From the NCBI GenBank assembly GCA_965240325.2, contig OZ251232.1:62001-126000 (forward strand): a DNA stretch of 64,000 nucleotides, given 5' to 3'. Under the pieces are notes generated by a model. The model ran no database searches. It worked only from the letters and a program-made list of their open reading frames with translations, and had not been told where the DNA came from. The DNA is from Rebecca billardiae RCC1528 (lineage: Eukaryota > Protista > Haptophyta). The translations under genes and the position numbers were made by a program. Positions 55,918 to 64,000 of this stretch are shown piece by piece; position 1 is the first letter of the stretch, and each line of letters starts with the position of its first letter.

Positions 55918-57630
55918 CTAGGCACCGCCTGATGCGGCGGACGAGGCCCAGTCATCAGCCCAGGCAGGGCTGGGTCCAGTCTTGGCCATCGGGCGGCCGC
56001 ACGAGAAGCCGCCGCCAAACTCGAGCGCTCCCATCTCGAGCGTGGAGCTCTGCACGGTCTTCCATTTGTAGCCGCCGCCGCTCGTCGGCAGCCATTTCCG
56101 GAGCATGCTGGGGCTCCCGCGCGGCAGCGCCTTCAGGAGTGCACCCGCGATTGGCGGGCGCACCAGCGCCGACACTCGCATCCGCGCGCCGTGCGCCTCC
56201 GAGCACCCCGGGTTGTCGCTGAAGCCGTGCTCGGTCGGCACAAGGAGCGGGGGGCCGAAGTTGGCGCGCGCCGCCTCCACGCGCAGCCGGAGCTGCCGCG
56301 TGCCGTCCAGCGAGACGGCGCGGACGGCCAGCCTGCCTCTGCACGCGTCGCGGTACACGCTCAGCCGGTCGCCGTCCGTCGTGCGGAAGTCCCAGCGCAG
56401 CGCGGCCGAGCGCGCGCCGTGAGCGCCGGTGCTGCCCGCGGGCGCGCCGTAGGCGAGCACTGATTGGCTCGTGAGCACGCCGCCCACGTTGAGCAGCACA
56501 CCCGCCGCGAGGAGGAAGGTGCCGTTCGGGGCGGCCTGCGGAGGCTCGCGCTGCCGGCGCCGCGCGTCGGGCACGAGGCGTCGAGCGGCGGCCGCGCGGC
56601 GCCGAGCCGCCCGCTGGTGGCCCGGCGCGGCAGGCCAGTCCACGCCGAGCGCGTGCACCCAGTGCCAGCCCAGCGGAAACCCGGAGCCGTGGTTGCCTTC
56701 CATGTGCACGCGCGCGCGGAAGGAGGAGGCGAGCGTGGGCGCGCGCAGCGCGGCGAGCGCGGCTTCGGCCGCGCTGGGGGGCTCGGCGCTGGCCCGCCTC
56801 GCGCTCGAGCCGTTCGGCTCGGCGGCGAGGCTCGTCCCTCCAAGGGTGCTCCCTCCCTCAGCGCCAGCGGCCAGAGGCAGGCGCGCGTTGCTGCCGCCAC
56901 CGGCCGCTGGAGCGCGCACGCGCACCGTGGCGGGCGAAGCGAGGGAGTACACAAAGTAGCGACACGGCAGCACCGTGCCAAACTTGCTGGCCCACCCCTC
57001 GACCCCTGCACCCTCTCTCCGCGCGTCCCACGCCACGCGCGCGTCTGCGCCCAACTCGATCGCGAGCCCCGGGAGCGCAAAGCTGCAGCTCACGTGCGAG
57101 CCGTGCACGCGCAGCTCGCCGGCGGCGGGGTGGCCGGGGGCGACGCGCCAGACGAAGTTGAGCATGCGCCCGCTGCCAAGCGGCGCGATGTAAGGCCTGG
57201 ACGGCTGCGTGCTCCACGCGTCCACCGCGCCAGCTGGCAAGAGCGCGTGCTCGATGATGTGCGTGTCACCCTGGTGGTACTGCAGCAGCACGAGGTGCTC
57301 GGTGAAGTTGCTCTGAGCGCGAGGCGAGGACGAGCCGATGACGATCATCGCTACCCCCATGTCCGCGGCCACTGCGCGGAAGGCCCAGCCCTCAAAGTAC
57401 GCCGTGCCCCATGGCGCGTGCTGCAGCACAGGATGCGACGGAGGCAGCGCTTGCGTCGCAGCACGCGTGGCGCTGCCGATGGGATCGCTGTCGTCAGCCG
57501 AGGCGCCAATACGGCGGCCACTACGCCCACTCGCAATGACGCCAGGCCCATGCAAGAGCAGCGGCCATGACGCCGCCAGCTCAAGACAGGCCGCAGCCGC
57601 TACGAGCAGTACCAGGCTCGCGTACGGCAT
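55918..57630 (-). CDS. Tocopherol cyclase (VTE1)-like protein with signal-peptide-led presequence (570 aa)
   Basis: YFEGWAFR, EGW...LPCRYFVYSLAS and HMEGNHGSGFPLGWHWVHA (compare EKNWG.SFP..W.W). Hydrophobic N-terminus MPYASLVLLVAAAACLELAASW. Confidence 0.75.
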   Translation of the reverse strand: MPYASLVLLVAAAACLELAASWPLLLHGPGVIASGRSGRRIGASADDSDPIGSATRAATQALPPSHPVLQHAPWGTAYFEGWAFRAVAADMGVAMIVIGSSSPRAQSNFTEHLVLLQYHQGDTHIIEHALLPAGAVDAWSTQPSRPYIAPLGSGRMLNFVWRVAPGHPAAGELRVHGSHVSCSFALPGLAIELGADARVAWDARREGAGVEGWASKFGTVLPCRYFVYSLASPATVRVRAPAAGGGSNARLPLAAGAEGGSTLGGTSLAAEPNGSSARRASAEPPSAAEAALAALRAPTLASSFRARVHMEGNHGSGFPLGWHWVHALGVDWPAAPGHQRAARRRAAAARRLVPDARRRQREPPQAAPNGTFLLAAGVLLNVGGVLTSQSVLAYGAPAGSTGAHGARSAALRWDFRTTDGDRLSVYRDACRGRLAVRAVSLDGTRQLRLRVEAARANFGPPLLVPTEHGFSDNPGCSEAHGARMRVSALVRPPIAGALLKALPRGSPSMLRKWLPTSGGGYKWKTVQSSTLEMGALEFGGGFSCGRPMAKTGPSPAWADDWASSAASGGA

Positions 57631-58210
57631 TGCCAGTCGATTGCCAGTCCACTCTCGGAATCTCGGATCCACGACGTCAGGCGGTGCCGGCGGGGAGGTC
57701 CGTGGAGACGCCAGGGCCGGCGGGAGCGGCACGGTGGCAGCGCATCTACCGTCTACGTAGTACGTACAGTACTTACCGTAGTGTACAGTAAGTACAGTAC
57801 TGTACAGTACATTGATCTGTACCTACAATCACCTTCCGTGTGGCGTGTCGGCGTGTCGCGCGCTGCGCCACGCGTGCCGGGGGCCCCCGGCCCGCCGCAG
57901 CAGCAGTCGGCGAGTGAAGAGGCGATGACCGCAACGCAGACGCAGTGCAGTACGGCCTGCATCAGCTTGCCGCCGCCGGCGCGGTAGTTGCCCTTGCAGC
58001 GCTCGCGCTCGGCGAGCCGACTAGCGTGCTGCTGCTCAGGCATGGCGCATGCCAAGTGCGCGTCTCGTCGGCGTGCTATCGCCTGCCAACTCGTGCACCC
58101 GTGCCGGCAGCTTCATTATCTCCATGAGGGCTGCTGCTGCTGTCGCCATCCTCCCCATCACCTGAGTCGCGCAGCGCGCCGGCCTTGTAGCGGCTGTGCG
58201 CCGCGCAGTG

Positions 58211-59335
58211 TCAAGCGACCAAGCTGTATGTACCATTCAGCAGAGACTTGAGCACAGCTGCCCCGATCAAGTTGACGCCGCTCAGCAGCTGCATGCGTGA
58301 CACGTCCTTGCCAAACCTGCGAAGGGCATACGCATACAGCTGGAGGTCCACTGCAGTGAGCCTCCGGATCTTGGCCAGCACTGGCTCTGACAGCTCTGCT
58401 GGCGAGTGGGCAGGCACGCCATGTGTGATATGCGACTGCCCAGCGTCTGCCTTGCCCACAGCGGCGAGGCACCTGGCAGAGACCACTCCGCGGGCCATCC
58501 ACTCCAGCAGGCACAGGGACTCTGAGTAGAACTCGGAGATCAGCACGACTGGCGTGCTGTCAATGCGATCCCTGAGGACATCGATTCGTGGACTCAGATG
58601 CCCTGCGCAGCCAGCATGCAACTTCCCACCATTGCAACCGCACTCGGACCCATTCGCAGCCAGGGCTTCAATGTAGCGCGCCTGGAGGTTCCACGGCACA
58701 TAGCACCTGAACTGGTCGATGACGCAGCCGTCCGGTGAGCTCTGGGCTGGCATGTGCCCCAGACGCCCTCCCTGACCACGCGCCTTCTCCCAGCGCAAGT
58801 AGACGTCAAGCCAGCGCCCCAAGCCAGAGTAGGGCACGTCATCACGCCCCCTGGGGAATCCTGTGAGCTGTGTTTGCCTGCGGCCCCACTGGCTGTATTT
58901 GCACTCCATGAACTGTGAGTAGACATGCGCTGTGGGGTGACGCACGAAAAGGACCATCCGTGCGCAACGCGAGCCACCCGCTGCCTCCTGATGCAGTTTT
59001 CTTTGCACCCACAGCCACGACTTCTCCCCGCCCCTCACCCATGCATCAGGCGGCACGTGGCGTGGCGCGTCGAGCGCGAACGACGAGCCCGCTGTCTTGG
59101 GAAGGTGCACATTGAAGTAGTAGGCCCTCGCCCAGTCACACGAGCCTTTGGGCTCACTCGGTGAGTGCCAGCTGCCAACGGCTGCGCCTGACATGTTTGT
59201 CCCAGGGCGCCAGATGCCGTCCTCGTGACTGAGGCGGCGCGCACGAAGGGAAAGGGGAGCTGTGATTGCGCCCTCAAACGGCATCAAGCGCGAGGTGCGC
59301 ATGACGTGCAAGGTGCACAACGCCACAGACATCAT
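58211..59335 (-). CDS. Sulfotransferase family 2 (carbohydrate sulfotransferase-like), 374 aa
   Basis: 5'-PSB motif HLPKTAGSSF, 3'-PB-like FVRHPTAHVYSQF, NLQARY, ISEFYSESLCLL, DLQLYAYA. Confidence 0.8.
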   Translation of the reverse strand: MMSVALCTLHVMRTSRLMPFEGAITAPLSLRARRLSHEDGIWRPGTNMSGAAVGSWHSPSEPKGSCDWARAYYFNVHLPKTAGSSFALDAPRHVPPDAWVRGGEKSWLWVQRKLHQEAAGGSRCARMVLFVRHPTAHVYSQFMECKYSQWGRRQTQLTGFPRGRDDVPYSGLGRWLDVYLRWEKARGQGGRLGHMPAQSSPDGCVIDQFRCYVPWNLQARYIEALAANGSECGCNGGKLHAGCAGHLSPRIDVLRDRIDSTPVVLISEFYSESLCLLEWMARGVVSARCLAAVGKADAGQSHITHGVPAHSPAELSEPVLAKIRRLTAVDLQLYAYALRRFGKDVSRMQLLSGVNLIGAAVLKSLLNGTYSLVA

Positions 59336-60101
59336 TATCGCCTGGACTGCTTCTGCGGCGTCCGCTCTGCCACCATGTATACACTACGCGCACTGCGCGC
59401 AGGGCTCCTCCATCGCCGGTCGTGGCGTCCGCCGGCCGCTGGCGCTGACGAAAGTGGCAGGATGCGATCAGCAAGCAGTATCGTACGTGCAGTACAGTTT
59501 ACTGTACGGTACAGTTTACTATCATCAGAATAGGAGACGCACACAGCTCAGGCAGGCGAGATTGACGCCCGCCAACTGTCACCGCCCATGAAGCCGTCGC
59601 CACAGCACCCCCTTGTGAAGGATGATCGATCACGACAGTATCATGTATCATCATGTCTCTGTCACTCGGATGGCCATGCAGTTGCACCTTGCCACCGGGC
59701 ATCACGGTTGACTGACGATCAATATTATAGTACGTGAATAATAACATATATATCACTATATACCTCAGACTCGCGTCGACACGGACTCGACAGTCTCTTC
59801 ACATCAGCAGTAGCAGACGTATTATAGTACTTACTACTAAGAATTAGCCGCCGCCGGCGCTGTACTGACCGGTGACCCGGCGCCGCGGCGCTTCCATCCG
59901 ATGCCACTGCGCCGCCTCTCTCCCAGTCTCTGCCTCGGGCGTTCCCCTGCCGTCACCGCTGTCTCCACGCAGCTTGCGACCGGCATGTGCGCGAGCGCCG
60001 CTCCGCCTGGCGGCCGGGGCTATCCGCGCGAGGTGCGTGCGGGCAAGGTCAGACCGCCACGGGCGCCACCGCTCTGAGCCAGCAGATTGCTCTGAGCCGG
60101 A

Positions 60102-61106
60102 TCAGCGCCGACGGCGTCTCCGCCGCCATTGCTTCTGGACGTACGCGCGGACCTGCTCCAGGCAGGCCCGCTCTGTGAGCGACAGCACGAGCCCGGCCGT
60201 GACGGGCGCCACCGCCTCCACGCCCATCTCCGCCGCGCTGCCGGACCATCGGCGCGCACCAGACCCTGGCAGGCCGCCAGCGGCGCCGATCACGCGCTCG
60301 GCGATGGTGCGCAACAGCCCGTGCTCGTGCGCCTGGCGGTAGCGCTCCTGCCCGAAGATGCCGGTCAGGTGCACCACGAGCGACTGCTCCAGGGCGCGCG
60401 AGTAGCTCATGCCCGAGCGCTCCATCACGGCCGCGTCGGGGAACGGCGAGATTGCAATCTCGGGCGCGGGGAGCGCGAGGTCTGGGTGGGCGCGCGCGAG
60501 CTGGAGGGGCACGTCGCACGAGGTGCGGTCCCACTCGCTCGGCTTGAAGCCGCGCGCGTACGCCCGCCGCCACAGCGCGAAGATCGGCGCGCCCTCCCTG
60601 CCGAGCAGCACGCCGTTGTTGAGCTTCTCCACGCCAGAGGCGTTCTCGTACCCGCCGATCAGGCCCGCGCCGCACTGCCGCACGTCGTCGAGCGGGCGGA
60701 GCACGAAGGCGTCGTGGTCGATGTACATCCCGCCGTGCTCCTCGAGGAGCTCGAGCCGCATGTGGTCCGACTGGTGCTCCACGCGGCGCACGCGCGCCCC
60801 GTCGAAGAAGGTGCGGTTGCGCGGCGCGCGCCGTACGAGCTTGTCCGCCATCGCGAGCGCGCAGAGCCACGTGGGCGAGGCCGGCGGGAAGCGGTCGTAG
60901 TAGAGCAGGTACGCATCGGGTCGCAGGATGTACCGCACGCTCATCATCGCGAGCACGTGCTCCCAGCGCATCGTGCCGCCTCCGAGCCAGGGCTGGTGGA
61001 CCACGTTGGGGATGGGCGCAGCCGACGTGTCCGCGAACCGCGCGGGGCACGCGAACGCGGCGGCGGCGGCGCGGAGGCAAGCCACGGCCAGCAGGAGGGC
61101 GGGCAT
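60102..61106 (-). CDS. DXD-motif glycosyltransferase (GT32/alpha-1,4-GT-like) with signal peptide (334 aa)
   Basis: IPNVVHQPW, HQSDHMRLELLEEHGGMYIDHD, LNNGVLL. N-terminal MPALLLAVACLRAAAA. Confidence 0.85.
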   Translation of the reverse strand: MPALLLAVACLRAAAAAFACPARFADTSAAPIPNVVHQPWLGGGTMRWEHVLAMMSVRYILRPDAYLLYYDRFPPASPTWLCALAMADKLVRRAPRNRTFFDGARVRRVEHQSDHMRLELLEEHGGMYIDHDAFVLRPLDDVRQCGAGLIGGYENASGVEKLNNGVLLGREGAPIFALWRRAYARGFKPSEWDRTSCDVPLQLARAHPDLALPAPEIAISPFPDAAVMERSGMSYSRALEQSLVVHLTGIFGQERYRQAHEHGLLRTIAERVIGAAGGLPGSGARRWSGSAAEMGVEAVAPVTAGLVLSLTERACLEQVRAYVQKQWRRRRRRR

Positions 61107-61367
61107 GGCCAGAGGGCGAGCAGCGCGAGTCGTCACCTTGGCGATGGCTCGCGGGGCTCGCCCTCGCCCCGTCGTCGTCGACGTCGTGGCCCCCCTTGCC
61201 CGAATCGTCGCGTCCAGTCGTCGACAGTCGAGTGAGTCGACACAGATTTGCATGTGAGTCGGTCCTGGGCGGGCGCGGGCCGCGCGGCGCGGCGGCGGAT
61301 TCTCTTCGCGTCGTCGTCCCGCGCCGCGGGGCGCGGGCACCACCTCGCCGCCCGCGGCGTGCGCGCC

Positions 61368-62393
61368 ATGCTCGCGCTCGTGGTCGCGGCGCTGCTCGGC
61401 TCAGCCCCACCGGCCTCGCAGCCCGCCGAGCCGCGCCGCTTGCCCGGGCCCGCGCCGCCGCTCCTCGCGCGCCGCCCGCCGCTCGGCTCGTCTCTGGTCG
61501 CGCGCGCGCGGGGCGGCAGCCGCCTGTCCAACCGCCTGTCCGCCGACAAGCTGCTCACCGTGTCGGGCCTCGCGCACGCGGAGCTGCCGGCGGACATGCT
61601 CGCCGCGCTCGCCTCCGGCCACCTCTCCGCGCAGCACCTGCGCAACTACGCGACGCTCATCTCGTTCCTCGACCTCGACCTGCCGCCGGTGCGCGCGGCG
61701 CTGCGGTGCGCGCTGCGGAGGCGCTTCCTGCGCAACCGGCTGCTGCTCAACCCGCAGCTCGCGTCGATCCTCGCGATCGAGATGAGCGTCGGCCTTGCCA
61801 CGCGGCTCTTCGCCGAGGCGCGCGCGCGCGGCGCCAGCGCCGCCACGCAGTGGGACGCGCCGGCGCTCGCGCTCGCGCTCTGGACCAACGTTGCGCTGGT
61901 GGTGGCGCTCTCGCCCGCGGCGCGCATCGGGCCGCGGGCGCAGCGCGGCGTGCGCGGCGCGCTGGGCCGGATGCCCGCGTCGTGCTTCCAGCCGGGCGAC
62001 TTCACCCCCGCCCAGCGCGCCTGCTGCCTCCTCTTCAAGGCGCTCAAGTTCGGGCTGGGCGGGCTCGGCTCGCACCTCGCGAGCTCGGCCGCGCGCGCGG
62101 CCATCGGCCGGCTGCACGTGCTGCTGGGCGGCGCCGTGCTCGGCGCGCGCCGCCGGGGCGTGGACCGCCGCGCGGCCTGGCGCGCCGGCCTGGCGTACGG
62201 CTCGTTCGTCGGCCTCCTCGCCTCGACGCGCTACCAGCTCGTCAACGCCGTCGAGGCGTCGCTCTTCCCCGCACTCGGGCTGCCCTCCACCGGGCCGCTC
62301 GCCACGCTCTGCTCGGCGGCGGTGCGCGTCGCCAACGCGTGGGTGGGCGGCACCACGTGGGTGCACTGGAATCGGCTGCTCGGCGCGTGCTGA
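61368..62393 (+). CDS. RETICULATA-related (DUF3411) plastid envelope protein (341 aa)
   Basis: RNRLLLNPQ..LAIE, AEARARG, LVVALSP, PASCFQPG.FT..QR...LLFK, YG.F.G.....RYQLVNAVE, VRVAN..VGG..WV...R..G. Signal peptide plus Pro/Arg/Ser-rich transit-like segment. Confidence 0.85.
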   Translation: MLALVVAALLGSAPPASQPAEPRRLPGPAPPLLARRPPLGSSLVARARGGSRLSNRLSADKLLTVSGLAHAELPADMLAALASGHLSAQHLRNYATLISFLDLDLPPVRAALRCALRRRFLRNRLLLNPQLASILAIEMSVGLATRLFAEARARGASAATQWDAPALALALWTNVALVVALSPAARIGPRAQRGVRGALGRMPASCFQPGDFTPAQRACCLLFKALKFGLGGLGSHLASSAARAAIGRLHVLLGGAVLGARRRGVDRRAAWRAGLAYGSFVGLLASTRYQLVNAVEASLFPALGLPSTGPLATLCSAAVRVANAWVGGTTWVHWNRLLGAC

Positions 62394-62668
62394 CGGCCCG
62401 CAGGCGGCGGGCTCCGGGCTCCAGAACGAGCCGGCGATACGAGCAGACGGACGGGCGGTTATTCGTCTAGATGATGGCGGAAGGCGCTCGTCCGCGCGTC
62501 GATCGTCGCGGAAATATCATCGTCGCCGTGAGCGAAGGTGGGGCGGCGGCGGGCCATCAGCATTATCACTCTGCATTGTCAACGACGCGACAATTATTTA
62601 TTCATCCAGCGCGCGGCGGGCGTCGTCGCGCGCACTGGAGTACGCGAATGCGCTGCCCAGGCCGAGGC

Positions 62669-62794
<126 letters not shown>

Positions 62795-63172
62795 ACATAA
62801 AATAATAATAATAAGTCATCGTCTGCTGACGTATACGGACTTACGCGGATGATCATCATTGGCTCAGCATATTGCTGTCGTCGTCATACAACTCATAGTG
62901 ACGAGCGTCATACGCATCAGCATCAGCATCATCGTCGTGATCATCAGCACGCATCGTCTCACTCAGTGACGGGCGCTGAATACGTAAGCGCGCAGTGTCA
63001 ATACTGAATATATATATATATAAGCGACGAGCGAGCGAGCACGAGCAAAGAAGCACGCGACGACGAACGAGATGGGGCCTCGTTTGCTGATGATGAGGCA
63101 AGGGGCCGACTGGCCGTAACTGATGAGCAGCTTGTGAGCTCGGCGCGAAAGGCCGTACATAAAGTGCCGATA

Positions 63173-63579
63173 TGTGTGAGCTCGACTGGTTAGTTGCTTG
63201 ATGAACTGGAAAGCTGCCACTCGGGCTGCAGATGATCTTGGATATGATCTCGAGCGCCGAATGGAAAGAGGAGCAGATGCAGAAGGAGCCACAGCCAGCG
63301 GCAGCGTGATTGGCAGATATACAAAAGCGGCAGCGGCCGTGATGACGATAACGGAAAGCTTGTCCGAGGGATGGTGTGTGTGAGCTCGACTGGTTAGTTG
63401 CTTGATGAACTGGAAAGCTGCCACTCGGGCTGCAGATGATCTTGGATATGATCTCGAGCGCCGAATGGAAAGAGGAGCAGATGCAGAAGGAGCCACAGCC
63501 AGCGGCAGCGTGATTGGCAGATATACAAAAGCGGCAGCGGCCGTGATGACGATAACGGAAAGCTTGTCCGAGGGATGGT
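63173..63579. repeat. Tandem duplication, 204-bp period (63173-63375 and 63377-63579)
   Basis: Two apparently identical 203-bp copies in a lower-GC intergenic island. Confidence 0.95.
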
Positions 63580-64000
63580 CTTGGGAAAGGACGCGCTGGT
63601 ACAGCTATCCGGATTGGGTACCAGCACGTAGCAACTACCTGCAGGATCAGGTAGACGATGGAGGCCCGCCTTGGCCTTGGCTGTCAAGACACTGCGACGC
63701 ATCACCTTCCAGCCTCCCGACACATTCGGTTATAACTGCGTTATAAGTATAACGCCACATATAAGCGGCGGCGGCGGCGGTCTCAGAGTACTGCCATATA
63801 TATATCCTGCGCATATGATGTATATATATATTCGTCGATCGCCTTGGTCTGTCGTCACGGACACGGCTGACGACGACGTCACGACGTCGACTGGCGGCGT
63901 CGCATTGACTGCGCGGCACCGCGCGCCGGCTTCACGAGCGCGCGCCACTGTCGTACCACTGCGTGTCACGCGGCGGCCAGCCAATCGGCGCGCGGGCAGC

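Noticed and set aside
57811-59723. ATTGATC/GATCAAT as TIRs around the sulfotransferase island
   Set aside because: Only 7 bp, with no extension and no TSD.
63173-63579. LTR pair
   Set aside because: The copies are adjacent with no internal region, no terminal CA and no primer-binding site or polypurine tract.

Overview
Gene-dense, extremely GC-rich eukaryotic nuclear DNA with short GC-rich spliceosomal introns. Motile-cilium genes (CFAP300, a FAM166-like protein) together with plastid-type proteins carrying signal-peptide-led presequences (RETICULATA-like, tocopherol cyclase-like) point to a flagellated alga with a complex plastid. A haptophyte such as a Pavlovales species is my inference, not something the sequence proves. 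I can support 17 protein-coding genes, with exon structures rebuilt by hand: FAM166-like, AMPK-gamma/SNF4-like CBS protein, GH5 exo-1,3-beta-glucanase, HET-like+TPR protein, a ~7,770-aa midasin, processive GT2, a coiled-coil protein, CFAP300, kelch+coiled-coil protein, SDR, ISD11/LYRM4, UTP25, 2H phosphoesterase, tocopherol cyclase-like, sulfotransferase, DXD/GT32 glycosyltransferase and RER/DUF3411. Highlights not explained by the ORF track: (1) a 2.64-kb non-autonomous DNA transposon whose two ends are the V(D)J RSS heptamer CACAGTG, with block-conserved TIRs and an ATAT TSD; (2) an 876-bp TIR element with a TGG TSD and an internal fold-back; (3) a probable non-canonical GA-AG intron in a bacterial-type SDR; (4) an array of ~16 LC8/TQT-like motifs in the kelch protein; (5) a putatively acylated HET/TIR-like + TPR candidate immune receptor; (6) four head-to-head gene pairs sharing 150-260 bp spacers. 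Most long ORFs in the track are GC-driven shadow ORFs. I saw no rRNA, tRNA or CRISPR array.
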